From Candidatus Latescibacterota bacterium (GTDB taxonomy: Bacteria; Latescibacterota; CBDEFO01): a DNA stretch of 64,000 bases. A model generated the notes under the pieces. It worked only from the letters and a program-made list of their open reading frames with translations, was not told the origin of the DNA and searched no databases. Location of the stretch: assembly GCA_965248755.1 (NCBI GenBank), contig OZ252149.1, positions 4,032,001 through 4,096,000 on the forward strand, given 5' to 3'. Position 1 is the stretch's first letter. Each line of letters starts with the position of its first letter. Made by a program: the position numbers and the translations under genes. Shown here piece after piece: positions 1 to 10,640 of this stretch.

Positions 1-73
1 TTCAACATAGGAATCCACAAAGCGTTTAAAAACAAAAGGGTGATTTACTCACGGACGCCTTGCAATTCCAGCT

Positions 74-561
74 TTATAGAAATTAAAAACAGATGAATAA
101 AGATAAGAATCAAGTTCACAGTATGCTCAAAGACGTATATTACTCATTGATAATTACGTGTCTTCTCTTTGGCCGCCATTTCTTAATAATTAGCACACCG
201 CGTAATGCATTTTACTATGGCCAAACATTAGAGGATTTTATTTCCGTTTGCGTCTACTTTTTCTTGGTTTTTTTAATTATCTCTTTCGTCTTTTTGTCAG
301 TAAGAAAGTTTTTCCCAAAGCAATATAGGAAGATTGTATTTGCTACTTTATATATATCAATACTTCCCCTGTTGGATTTTATATTTTTAAATGTTTCTTC
401 TCCTAAACCTAGATCTGAATTTGGTTGGTTTATATATCCTTTTGTCATATTTGCTTATATTCCAGTAATTATTTTAATTTCTTTTAAATATCAAATAGAG
501 AAATATGGGGATAGGATTATCAAGATACTTCCATTTATTTGCATATTAATTATATATCACG
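74..561. repeat. 488-bp segment duplicated at 2124-2611
   Basis: Direct alignment at offset 2050; at least five substitutions. Confidence 0.95.
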
Positions 562-1535
562 TGATACCACGATCATTTAGTAAGAACGTTGTAGAGAATG
601 AGTTTATTCCTCCAAGCAAACCTTCTATACCTATACATTTGATTATTTTTGATGGAACATCTTATGACGTTCTTAATGACCAAGATCTAAAACATTTATT
701 TCCAAACCTTAATAGACTTTTTGCTAATGATAGTTTTGTTTTTGAAGATGCACATTCACCAGGGAGACGAACAACACTGTCAGTGCCTGCGTTATTGACA
801 GGGATAGAATATGATCGATATCGCGAAGAAAATTTACAATTTCTTATTGCCCAATCCGAAGATCAAGATTACAAAAAGTTACCGATAGAAGGTTCATTAT
901 TTCAAATTTCGAAGTCAAATGGGTACAACAATGTTTTGATCGGGTCTTATTTTCCGTATTGTAGTTTATTTGGAAAATATTTGACTTATGGAAGGTCATT
1001 CTCATCTTATTCAAGATTTTCTCAATTATTACCAGGGCCATTTACCTATCTGCTTTATATAGGCCCTCTTTATCATAGAGATATCAATCTAAACACGTTT
1101 AACCAATATTTATCAAGGATCGATTCATCACCACAGAATACATTTTTCTTGATTCACTTTCCTATTCCCCATGAACCTTTCATTTTTGATTCTCAGGGAT
1201 TCGTAGACCAATATGGGGAAGTGATTTTTAAAGGGTCAGCATATACACACAAAGAAAAATATGTGAAACAGCTAATGTTTGTTGATAAAAAAGCAGGAGA
1301 AATAGTTAAGAAACTAAAGGATAATAACATGTATGACAGGAGTATGATTATCATTACTTCGGACCATAACTTTAGAGGATATAACTATGATATGACAAAA
1401 ATACCTTTGTTTATTAAAGCTCCATTTCAAAAACGTCAACATCTTGTAAAAGAGAAAGTCAATACAATAAATCTTAAAAAGTTTCTATCTTCATTCTTTG
1501 AATCAAATATTGTCGATATAAGGAAATTAGAATAA
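93..1535 (+). CDS. Membrane-anchored alkaline-phosphatase/sulfatase-superfamily protein
   Basis: N-terminal hydrophobic helices, then HLIIFDG, TTLSVPALLTG, HFPIPHEPF and IITSDH motifs; AT-rich. Confidence 0.75.
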   Translation: MNKDKNQVHSMLKDVYYSLIITCLLFGRHFLIISTPRNAFYYGQTLEDFISVCVYFFLVFLIISFVFLSVRKFFPKQYRKIVFATLYISILPLLDFIFLNVSSPKPRSEFGWFIYPFVIFAYIPVIILISFKYQIEKYGDRIIKILPFICILIIYHVIPRSFSKNVVENEFIPPSKPSIPIHLIIFDGTSYDVLNDQDLKHLFPNLNRLFANDSFVFEDAHSPGRRTTLSVPALLTGIEYDRYREENLQFLIAQSEDQDYKKLPIEGSLFQISKSNGYNNVLIGSYFPYCSLFGKYLTYGRSFSSYSRFSQLLPGPFTYLLYIGPLYHRDINLNTFNQYLSRIDSSPQNTFFLIHFPIPHEPFIFDSQGFVDQYGEVIFKGSAYTHKEKYVKQLMFVDKKAGEIVKKLKDNNMYDRSMIIITSDHNFRGYNYDMTKIPLFIKAPFQKRQHLVKEKVNTINLKKFLSSFFESNIVDIRKLE

Positions 1536-1686
1536 AAAGAGGGACTCTTCTCCAAATTTAGTAGTAGAGGTTTGATGCTTACCAGAGCTTTCGGGATCTT
1601 CATTCATGGGATAGCACCTGCAAGAGAATACGTGATATACTGAACGGATTGGCTGGAGCGGCTTAAAAGGAGAATAGACATAATTA

Positions 1687-2123
1687 ATGATGCTTGAGAC
1701 GAATAAGAGCAAACTGATAGATATGAGGGACTTCCAGTCTAAATCGTTCAAAGGTATATACGAGGAAATGTTGCAGATTCACCAACGATTTCAACCCGCT
1801 TGGCTTAGGCTGATGCTTAAAACTGAAACTTTGCGGTCAAGGCTTCGGCACAGAATAGAACTTGTCGGGACTCGGAGATGGGAGTATGCGTGGGGAATAC
1901 TGAGCGCTGATCTTGAGGATGGACTGCGTGTATTGGATGCTGGATGCGGGGGATCTCCATTCCTGATATACCTTGCAAAGAGGGAATATGAATGTTTCGG
2001 CATAGACCCCGGTAAGGAATGAAAGTATAAGCGAACTCGGAATCTACAGGTTTATGAGGCGAGAGATTGTATCTGAGATGAGGATTGTGGACGAGCAATC
2101 AGAAATGGAGCGTGTCCTATTTC
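1687..2123 (+). pseudogene. Class I SAM methyltransferase, N-terminal part (frameshifted near 2020, then interrupted)
   Basis: VLDAGCGGS motif; stop at 2022; plausible continuation in another frame until the duplicated segment begins at 2124. Confidence 0.7.
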
Positions 2124-2611
2124 TTATAGAAATTAAAAACAGATGAATAAAGATAAGAATCAAGTTCACAGTATGCTCAAAGACGTATATTACTCATTGA
2201 TAATTACGTGTCTTCTCTTTGGCCGCCATTTCTTAATAATTAGCACACCGCATAATGCATTTTACTATGGCCAAACATTAGAGGATTTTATTTCCGTTTG
2301 CGTCTACTTTTTCTTGGTTTTTTTAATTATCTCTTTCGTCTTTTTGTCAGTAAGAAAGTTTTTCCCAAAGCAATATAGGAAGATTGTATTTGCTACTTTA
2401 TATATATCAATACTTCCCCTGTTGGATTTTATATTTTTAAATGTTTCTTCTCCTAAACCTAGATCTGAATTTGGTTGGTTTATATATCCTTTTGTCATAT
2501 TTGCTTATATTCCAGTAATTATTCTAATTTCTTTTAAATATCAAATAGAGAAATATGGGGAGAGGATTATCAATATACTTTCATTTATTTGCATATTAAT
2601 TATATATCACG
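2124..2611 (+). pseudogene. Truncated duplicate of the 5' end of the 93-1535 gene
   Basis: Near-identical to 74-561; ends exactly at an IS3 left end. Confidence 0.9.
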
Positions 2612-3899
2612 CATACCGCTCCCCTTGACAGGGCGACAAATATTTTGCAAATTGGGGTTTGAGAAAGGAGGTCAAGGTGTCAAGCCCCGAAGTGAAAGAT
2701 GGTAAGCGCTGGACGGCGACCCGTAAGGTAGAGGTGGTGTTGGCTGTTTTGAAAGGAGCGAATGTATCAGAGGTGTGTTGGAAGAATGGAATTAGCCAGT
2801 CACAGGCGTATGCTTGGCGTGATAGTTTCTTGGAAGGAGGCCAGGAGAGTCTGAAGTCTCGGCGTGGTCGCAAGGATGCGAAGGAGCGGGAGGTCAGCCG
2901 GTTGGAGCGTAAGGTAGGGCACTTAACCCTCCAGTTGGAGATACTCGAGGAGGTAGCCCGTCTAAAAAAAACGAAGCGGTTGCCTTGAGTGGGCGGTTTT
3001 TGGGTCGAGGCTATTCCCGGAAGGTGGTAGCTTTGGCTTTGGGTTTGCATCGTTCGACTCTGTGTAGGCTTAGGTATAGAGGTGTCAGTTCTTCTGTCGA
3101 AGAGTCTGTGATAGATGAACAGCTTGCTTTTCGTATTCGAGGGATACTCGACCAAGAAGAGGCATTTGGTCACAGGCGGGTTTGGGCGCATCTTCGTTTC
3201 AAGGAAGGGGCATATGTCAACATCAAGAAGGTTCATAGGATAATGAAGCTTAAGGGGTGGCAGTGTAAGCTGTGGAATCCCCGATAGAATCAATCGGGGA
3301 CCCCGGGAGAAAGGGGCCACAGGTTGCCCAGAAGCGTTCTGTGATGGATCGTCCTGACAGTCTCTGGTCGGCTGACTTGACCAAGATCTATTGTGGGGAA
3401 GATGGTTGGTGTCCTCTTATTGCGGTGGTGGACAACGGGAGTCGGGAGGTTCCCCGGGTATCGTTTTAGTCGAAAAGGGAGGGCACTGGAGGCCACAGAT
3501 GCCCTGGATCGGGCCGTGATCTCTCGATACACTTCCTAAGGAGGCTGTCCCCCAGGGTCTCACTTTGCGCTCTGACAACGGCTCCATCTTTTTGTCTCGG
3601 ACCTATTTGGCAAGTACCGAATATTGGGACATTCGTCAAGAATATATTCCGAGCGGAAAGGCCGATTGGAACGGGGTCATAGAACGTTTTTTCAGGACCC
3701 TCAAGCAGGAGTGTGTGTGGCTTCACAATTTCAAGTCCTTTGAACAAGCTGAGAAGATCATATCTCAGTGGATCGATAATTACAACAAGAACTGGCTTCA
3801 TTCATCTCTGGGATACAAGACCCCGGAAGAGTGGAGAAAACAATTTTATCTGCTACCCCAAGTTGCTTAATTGATGTCGCTTTTCTGGGGGGCAGTACA
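2612..3899 (+). mobile_element. IS3-family element, variant A, defective (1288 bp)
   Basis: Ends CATACCGCTCCCC...GGGGGGCAGTACA; orfA 2659-2988; orfB broken by a palindrome insert at 3279-3299 and two +1 indels; no target duplication (CACG/CATA). Confidence 0.95.
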
Positions 3900-4142
3900 C
3901 ATATCCCAAAAGAAAAATGGTCTGCCTGCATAGAGCAACTAATCAGAGTCGTGCGCCCAAGTGGAAAGCTCATAATCACTCTTGATATGTCCTCTGCTGA
4001 TGTTAATGCATACAAAGACATCATTCGATACAGCAGATTAAAATTTCCGGTCGATATAGATCATTCAACGCCTGCTAATATCAGACATCCCGATTGGACG
4101 TATGAGACTGTCGGTCTGGTTATGACGAAAGAAAAAGAGTAA
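3900..4142 (+). pseudogene. Probable C-terminal part of the interrupted methyltransferase
   Basis: HIPKEKW...LIRVVRPSGKLIITLD is a typical class I MTase C-terminal segment; begins directly after the IS right end. Confidence 0.65.
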
Positions 4143-4178
4143 TAACGTAGCATGATGTCCCCAATAACATAGAAAGGA

Positions 4179-5444
4179 TGTACTGCTTCCCAGGAAAGCG
4201 ACACCAATTAAGCAACCTGGGGTAGTAGATAAAATTGTTTTCTCCACTCTTTTGGGGTCTTATATCCCAGGGATGAATGAAGCCTGTTCTTGTTGTAATT
4301 ATCGATCCACTGAGATATGATCTTCTCAGCCTGTTCAAAGGATTCAAACTTGTGAAGCCAAACACACTCTTGCTTGAGGGTCCTGAAAAAACGCTCTACA
4401 ACACCGTTCCAATCGGGTTTACCACTTGGTATGTATTCCTGACGAATTCCCCAATATTCGGTACTGGCCAAATAGGCCCGAGCCAAAAAGATGGAACCAT
4501 TGTCAGAGCGCAAAGTGAGACCCTGGGGGACAGCCTCCTTGGAAGTGTATCGAGAGATCACGGCCCGATCCAGGGCATCTGTGGCCTCCAGTGCCCTCCC
4601 TTTTCGACTAAAACGATACCCAGGAACCTCCCGGCTTCCGTTGTCCACCACCGCAATAAGAGGACACCAACCATCTTTTCCACAGTAAATCTTTGTCAAG
4701 TCACTCGACCACAAACTGTCGGGACTATCCACCACAGAACGCTTCTGGGCAACCTGTGGCCCCTTTCTCCCGGGACGATTCCACAGCTTACACTGCCACC
4801 CCTTAAGCTTCATTATCCTATGAACCTTCTTAACGTTGACACATTCCCCTTCCTTGAAACGAAGATGCGCCCAAACCCGCCTGTGACCAAATGCCTCTTC
4901 TTGGTCCAGTATCCCTCGAATACGAAAAGCAAGCTCCTCATCTATCACAGGCTCTTTAACAGAAGAACTGACACCTCTATCCCTAAACCTATACAGAGTC
5001 GAACGATGCAAACCCAAAGCCAAAGCTACCACCTTGCGGGAATAGCCTCGACCCAAAAACCGCCCACTCAAGGCAACCGCTTCGTTTTTTTTAGACGGGC
5101 TACCTCTTCGAGTATCTCCAACTGGAGCGTCAACTGCCCTACCTTGCGCTCCAACCGGCTAACCTCTCGCTCCTTCGGATCCTTGCGACCACGCCGAGAC
5201 TTCAGACTCTCCTGGCCCCCTTCTAAGAAACTATCACGCCAAGCATACGCCTGCGACTGGCTAATTCCATTCTTACGACACACCTCAGATAGATCTGCTC
5301 CTCTCAAAAGAGCCAACACAATCTCTCCCTTACGGGTCGCCGTCCAGCGCTTACCATCTTTCACTTCGGGGCTCGACACCTTGACCTCCCTTCTCAAACC
5401 CCAATTTGCGAAATATTTGTCGCTCTGTCAAGGGGAGCGGTATG
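4179..5444 (-). mobile_element. IS3-family element, variant B, intact (1266 bp)
   Basis: orfA 5068-5397, orfB 4208-5071; AGGA target duplication at 4175-4178 and 5445-5448. Confidence 0.97.
4208..5397 (-). CDS. IS3 transposase OrfAB (via -1 frameshift)
   Basis: HTH OrfA; OrfB DDE motifs WSSDLT, RSDNGS, ERFFRTLKQE; A8C slippery run preceded by an SD-like GAGG. Confidence 0.9.
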
Positions 5445-5456
5445 AGGACTACATAA

Positions 5457-6467
5457 ATGGACAAAAGCCGTGTGATCATAAGGTCTGTCAAAGATAGAAA
5501 GCTGGACGATGTCGTCGAGGAGATTTTGGAGTTTTGTAATTGGAGGGATATTGTTTCAAAGGACTCCAAAGTAGTGGTCAAACCGAATTTATGCGCGGCC
5601 GACAAGAAAGTAATGCCCGCCGCGAACGTCTCTCCTGAGCTGGTAGCTTCAGTTTGTAAGATTATAAGTACTAAGACTAAACATATATTCATCGGGGAAT
5701 CGGACGGAATGCGGCACAAGGCTGAGGAGGCTCTGGAAAATTCTGGAATGTATAAGATAGCTGATGAATTGGGTATAAAGACTATAGACTTTTCCAAAGA
5801 TGAGTTAGTTCCGGTCGACGTTGGGATTCTGGAAGGTTGGAAGATGTCCAAGACTCTCCTTGAGGCGGATGTGGTGGTGACTTTGCCCACTTTGAAGACC
5901 CATGCAAGTTTCGTGTTCACAGGGGCTATGAAGAATCAGTGGGGCTGTATACCCAGATACGACCGCTGTCTTTTGCACCACCATTTCCACAGGGTAGTCA
6001 ACGATATAAACCGGCTGTTCAAGCCGCAAATAGCGGTGATGGACGGGATTATGGCTATGGAAGGCAGGGGGCCTGCCATGGGGAATCCCGTGAGGATGGA
6101 TCTGCTTTTGGGATCCAACGATGTTGTAGCCATAGATGCTACGGCTATGAGGCTGATAGGTTTGGATCCGTACAGCGCCCGTTATATCGCTTTGGCCCAA
6201 GAGGAAGGTCTCGGTCAAGTGGCTGACGATACGATAGTCGTAGATGGTGACTTTGAACGTTTCAAGACTGTATTTAAACCTGGGGAGTACGATTGGGCCT
6301 TGAAGACCATGACACTCGTAAATAGGTCATATTTTCTCACGCACTATCTTGTTATGGTTGACACGATCTTTTATCCTATAAGGAAAGTAGTAATTATGAT
6401 GCGCAAGATAGTAGCGGCGGTCAAGAACCTCCGGACGTTGAGACCGTCCTGGGGAAGCAGGACATAG
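5457..6467 (+). CDS. DUF362-family protein
   Basis: KVVVKPNL, LPTLKTH, TGAMKNQWG, DGIMAMEGRGP, DVVAIDA motifs. Confidence 0.85.
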   Translation: MDKSRVIIRSVKDRKLDDVVEEILEFCNWRDIVSKDSKVVVKPNLCAADKKVMPAANVSPELVASVCKIISTKTKHIFIGESDGMRHKAEEALENSGMYKIADELGIKTIDFSKDELVPVDVGILEGWKMSKTLLEADVVVTLPTLKTHASFVFTGAMKNQWGCIPRYDRCLLHHHFHRVVNDINRLFKPQIAVMDGIMAMEGRGPAMGNPVRMDLLLGSNDVVAIDATAMRLIGLDPYSARYIALAQEEGLGQVADDTIVVDGDFERFKTVFKPGEYDWALKTMTLVNRSYFLTHYLVMVDTIFYPIRKVVIMMRKIVAAVKNLRTLRPSWGSRT

Positions 6468-6497
6468 ATTCTTGCTACGACGGTGTAGGAGAGTGTC

Positions 6498-7703
6498 TTG
6501 AAGAAGATACGAATAGCTCAGATTGTCCACAGCCTTACTCTCGGCGGGGGAATACAACACGTGGTGTATTCCGTAGTCAAAAAGCTGGACAGAAAGAAAT
6601 ATGAGGTTATAGTCTGCTGTATAGCTGGACGAGGAGAATTAGCCGATGAGTTAGAAAAGATAGGAATAGAAGTAATTGTGTTGAGCGGAAAGAGTTCTCT
6701 CAGTCCCCTTAACGCTCCCAAGAATCTTATGGCGATTTGGCAGCTGACTAAAACGTTGAGAGATAGAAGAATACAGGTAGTAGAGACGCACGATTTCTAT
6801 TCGGGGGCTTTGGGCAGAATCGCAGCCCTCTTAGCAAAAGTTCCTGTTGTTCTCTGGATGATTCACAGCAGGGATAGTTGGAAGGGGAGTGGACACATTG
6901 TAGTAGATAGGGTTCTGTCCAGATATACTGACAGGATTATTACTAACTCCAAGATGGTCAAGAAGTTTACGTCCAGTTTTGAAAATCTAGAAGCCTGTAG
7001 ATTTACAGTCATCTATAATGGAGTAGATTTGAGTCTGTTCGGTAATGGGATTGATCTCGCTGCCGAAAGAAAGGACTTAGGGGTGGAGGGAGCTTCTCCC
7101 GTGATCTGTTCAGTTGGGCGTCTCATACCAGAGAAGGGATATAGCTATCTGGTTGAGGCTATGTCAGAGGTCGTAAACACATTTCCGAAGGCAAAACTGC
7201 TCATTATCGGCGACGACAGCGAGTTTGAAGAGTCCTCAAAAGGGGTGTTGAAAGATCTCATTCTTGAGTTGAACCTCTCTGACAGCGTGAGTCTTTTAGG
7301 GTGGAGGAAGGATGTTCCTCAAATACTTAGCATATCAGATATTTTTGTGCTCCCCTCGCTGAGAGAAGGATTCGGATTAGCTATAGCTGAGGCTATGGCA
7401 GCCGAAAAACCTGTTATAGCCTGTGACATAGATGCGATACCAGAGATAGTAGAAGACGGGAAAGCAGGTATTCTGGTCCCGATTAAAGACTCAGATGCCC
7501 TTGCCGGGGCTATTTTATACCTGCTGCGCAATCCTCACAAGGCAACGCAAATGGGAAATTGGGGAAGAGAAAGAGTAGAGCGATATTTCTCTGATGAAGT
7601 TATGGTCAGCAATCGGATGAAACTCTACGATTCTTTGATCTCCAAAAGAATAGATAAGTTGAAGAACACGCCCAGCTTTTCAAAGGATACCTACTTTAGA
7701 TGA
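6498..7703 (+). CDS. GT4 glycosyltransferase
   Basis: VGRLIPEKG; FVLPSLREGFGLAIAEAMA (EX7E). Confidence 0.92.
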   Translation: MKKIRIAQIVHSLTLGGGIQHVVYSVVKKLDRKKYEVIVCCIAGRGELADELEKIGIEVIVLSGKSSLSPLNAPKNLMAIWQLTKTLRDRRIQVVETHDFYSGALGRIAALLAKVPVVLWMIHSRDSWKGSGHIVVDRVLSRYTDRIITNSKMVKKFTSSFENLEACRFTVIYNGVDLSLFGNGIDLAAERKDLGVEGASPVICSVGRLIPEKGYSYLVEAMSEVVNTFPKAKLLIIGDDSEFEESSKGVLKDLILELNLSDSVSLLGWRKDVPQILSISDIFVLPSLREGFGLAIAEAMAAEKPVIACDIDAIPEIVEDGKAGILVPIKDSDALAGAILYLLRNPHKATQMGNWGRERVERYFSDEVMVSNRMKLYDSLISKRIDKLKNTPSFSKDTYFR

Positions 7704-8689
7704 TAATAACTAGGGCGCCTTTTCGTATTCCGTTAGGAGGGGGAGGTACAGATCTCCCTTCGTATTACTCCCAATATGGCGGATTTATCCTGAGTGTGGC
7801 TATAGACAAGTACGTGTATATCAACCTGAATAGACTTAAAATAGAGGACTTTATCAGGGTGAAGTACTCCAAGACGGAGTTGGTGAATTCCGCCAGCCAA
7901 ATAGAACATCCCCTTCTGAGGGAAGCTCTAAAATTAACAGGGATAGACGGCGGATTGGAGATAGCGTCTATGGCTGACATCCCTGCCGGTACGGGAATGG
8001 GATCGTCAGGGAGTTTTCTGGTCTCTATTTTGACTGCTCTTCACGCCTTCAAAAGGGATCATATCTCGATTCAGGATCTGGCCGAGGAGGCATGCACGAT
8101 AGAAATAGATATTGTGGGACAGCCTGCAGGTAAGCAGGATCAATATGTAGCTGCATTTGGAGGCATAGTCTGCATGGACATCCAGACAGATGGAAAGGTC
8201 GAGGTAGGGCAGCTCAGAATCTCTTCTCACGACTTAGATGAATTGAAAAATGGCATCCTGTTGTTCTACACGGAAATACTGAGAGAGAGCTTCGATATAT
8301 TAGGAGAACAAAAGAAGGATACTGACAAGGGCGACAAAAACGTACTCGAGAGCCTGCACGTTACAAAGGAGATAGGACAGGAGATCAGAAGCGCTATCCA
8401 GAGCGGAGATTTTAAGAGATTCGGCGAACTCTTGGATCTGCACTGGCAGAACAAGAAGAAGCGTTCGGGGAAAATCTCTGATCCCAGGGTAGACCGGTGG
8501 TATCAAATTGCCAAAGACAACGGTGCCCTGGGCGGCAAGCTTATGGGAGCGGGTGGAGGTGGCTTTTTGATGTTCTACTGTCCCAACGACTGCAAGCGGG
8601 ATGTGAGAGGGGCTATGGCAGATGAGGGTTTGAGGGAGATGAACTTCAACTTCGACTTTGAAGGGGCCAAAGTGCTGGTTAATTTTTAA
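7700..8689 (+). CDS. hddA: GHMP kinase, D-glycero-D-manno-heptose-7-phosphate kinase-like
   Basis: RAPFRIPLGGGGTD, PAGTGMGSSG, GKQDQY, GAGGGG. Confidence 0.8.
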   Translation: MIITRAPFRIPLGGGGTDLPSYYSQYGGFILSVAIDKYVYINLNRLKIEDFIRVKYSKTELVNSASQIEHPLLREALKLTGIDGGLEIASMADIPAGTGMGSSGSFLVSILTALHAFKRDHISIQDLAEEACTIEIDIVGQPAGKQDQYVAAFGGIVCMDIQTDGKVEVGQLRISSHDLDELKNGILLFYTEILRESFDILGEQKKDTDKGDKNVLESLHVTKEIGQEIRSAIQSGDFKRFGELLDLHWQNKKKRSGKISDPRVDRWYQIAKDNGALGGKLMGAGGGGFLMFYCPNDCKRDVRGAMADEGLREMNFNFDFEGAKVLVNF

Positions 8690-8704
8690 AAGGAGATCAA
8701 ATAG

Positions 8705-8730
8705 CAGTAGACAGTAGTCAGTAGACAGGG
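8705..8730 (+). repeat. CAGTAGA heptamer tandem repeat
   Basis: CAGTAGA CAGTAGT CAGTAGA CAGGG. Confidence 0.8.
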
Positions 8731-8745
8731 AAAGGCAAGGATAAG

Positions 8746-9381
8746 ATGATAAACGCCAAGTACATAGATCAGTACTTTGCCGAAATGGAAAGGATAATAG
8801 GCTTCCTCAAAATGGAGGACATAGACCGTGCGGTAGAGCTGTTGTTCCAGGCGTGGCAAGACGATAAGAGTGTCTTTATTATGGGCAATGGAGGCTCTGC
8901 CTCGACGGCTACTCATTTTGTGTGTGATCTTGCCAAGGTGACGGTTGTGGATGGCAAGAAACGATTCAAGGTTGTGGGACTGACGGATAATATCCCACTG
9001 GTGAGCGCGTGGACGAACGACAGCGGCTTCGGCAGCATCTTCGCTGAGCAGCTGGAGCCCTGGCTTGGAGAAGGGGACGTGCTAATCGGTTTGTCTGTGC
9101 ACGGTGGGTCGGGTGAGGGGGATGCGGGACCATGGTCCCAGAATCTGGTCAAGGCCATGAGATTAGCCAAAGAACGCGATGCTAAGATCATAGGATTCAG
9201 CGGCTTCGGGGGGGGAGCTCTGAAAGAAATGGCGGATGTCTGCATCGTAGTGCCTATAGATACAGAGCCACTGGGAACACCGCTTGTGGAGTCGTTTCAC
9301 GTTGCTCTGCATCACTTAGTCTGTACGGCTGTTGTAAGAAGGATAGAGAGGACACATGAAAAGAGCCGTGTTTCTGGATAG
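8746..9381 (+). CDS. gmhA: SIS-domain phosphoheptose isomerase-like protein
   Basis: GNGGSASTATHFVCDL, SAWTND, IFAEQL; gene context. Confidence 0.78.
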   Translation: MINAKYIDQYFAEMERIIGFLKMEDIDRAVELLFQAWQDDKSVFIMGNGGSASTATHFVCDLAKVTVVDGKKRFKVVGLTDNIPLVSAWTNDSGFGSIFAEQLEPWLGEGDVLIGLSVHGGSGEGDAGPWSQNLVKAMRLAKERDAKIIGFSGFGGGALKEMADVCIVVPIDTEPLGTPLVESFHVALHHLVCTAVVRRIERTHEKSRVSG

Positions 9382-9973
9382 AGACGGCGTTATCAACAGT
9401 GTTATCTACAACAGAGATGAGGGAATTAAAGATTCTCCCGTAAACCCCGATCAGTTTGAAGTACTACCGGGCGTGGGAGAGGCGGTAAGGCTTATAAATC
9501 AGATGGAATTTCTGGCCATACTGGTTTCAAACCAGCCGGGGGTCGCCAAAGGTAAGTTCACACACGAAATCCTAGATGCGATGACGGCTAAGATGGAAGT
9601 CGTGCTTGTAAAATCTGATGCTAAGTTAGATGGCATTTACTACTGTCTGCATCATCCCAAAGCTCTTTTGGACGAATACCGTGTAGTTTGCGAGTGCCGC
9701 AAGCCGAAGCCGGGATTACTTATAAATGGAGCAAAGGATTTCGGTGTAGATCTGGAAAGATCTTATATGATCGGGGATCGCATAGTGGATATTCAGGCGG
9801 GACAAGATGCTGGTTGTAAGACGCTGTGGATCGGTAAGTTAGATTCCCAAATGTCCAGATTGATGGAACAGGAGTGCCTAACTCCTGATTTTATAGTTCC
9901 CGAGCTGCTCGAAGGTGTAAGATTGATTCAACGAAAGGAGTTGGAGGATGGAAATATTCCTGGATACAGCTGA
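9356..9973 (+). CDS. gmhB: Heptose-1,7-bisphosphate phosphatase (HAD IIIA)
   Basis: FLDRDGVIN, SNQPG, CLHHP..CECRKPKPG, IGDRIVD. Confidence 0.88.
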   Translation: MKRAVFLDRDGVINSVIYNRDEGIKDSPVNPDQFEVLPGVGEAVRLINQMEFLAILVSNQPGVAKGKFTHEILDAMTAKMEVVLVKSDAKLDGIYYCLHHPKALLDEYRVVCECRKPKPGLLINGAKDFGVDLERSYMIGDRIVDIQAGQDAGCKTLWIGKLDSQMSRLMEQECLTPDFIVPELLEGVRLIQRKELEDGNIPGYS

Positions 9974-10640
9974 TCTTGATCAGATAAAGGCTTGGCTGGG
10001 ATACAGAGCCATAGATGGGGTGACGACTAACCCTTCGATTATGCTTAAGAAAGGCATCTTTGACCTTGAAGCCGGGGCAAAGGAGATAGCCCAGGTTATG
10101 GGTCAACTCCCTGTCTCAGTGGAGGTCACGAGTAATGATCCTGAGGAGATGCTGGATCAGGCGAGGGAGATTTCCCAGTGGGCGCCAAATATCGTAGTGA
10201 AGATCCCGATCATAAACGAAAATGGGAGGCCCTGCCTGGACGTTATCGGGACACTGGAGGATGAGGGGATAAGAGTCAATGTTACGGCCTGTTTGTCCTA
10301 CGGTCAGGCTATATTGGCGGCAAAGGTCGGAGCTACATATGTGAGTATCTTCGCAGGGCGGGTATCCGACGAGGGTCACGACGCCTCCAAGCTCATCAGG
10401 ATGGTGAGAGACTGGATAGACGACTGGGGATATAAAGCAAAGATCATAGTCGGGAGCATAAGGGAGGTCATCAACATTCAGGACGCCGCTGCTTCTGGAA
10501 CTCACGTGATAACTGTACCACCTGAGTTTATGCATAAGTTAGTAGATCATAAGTTCTCGAGGGCCACGGTGCAGGCCTTTGTCGAGGATGGTCAGAAGGC
10601 TCTTGCTATGATGATTGAGCAGATGGTCTCGAAACAGTAG
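9948..10640 (+). CDS. Transaldolase / fructose-6-phosphate aldolase family
   Basis: IFLDTA, GVTTNPS, VVKIP, YVSIFAGR, GSIRE. Confidence 0.9.
   Translation: MEIFLDTADLDQIKAWLGYRAIDGVTTNPSIMLKKGIFDLEAGAKEIAQVMGQLPVSVEVTSNDPEEMLDQAREISQWAPNIVVKIPIINENGRPCLDVIGTLEDEGIRVNVTACLSYGQAILAAKVGATYVSIFAGRVSDEGHDASKLIRMVRDWIDDWGYKAKIIVGSIREVINIQDAAASGTHVITVPPEFMHKLVDHKFSRATVQAFVEDGQKALAMMIEQMVSKQ

Noticed and set aside
4089..4106. CCCGATTGGACGTATG resembling the palindrome
   Set aside because: Only one arm is present and it fits ordinary coding sequence (HPDWTY)
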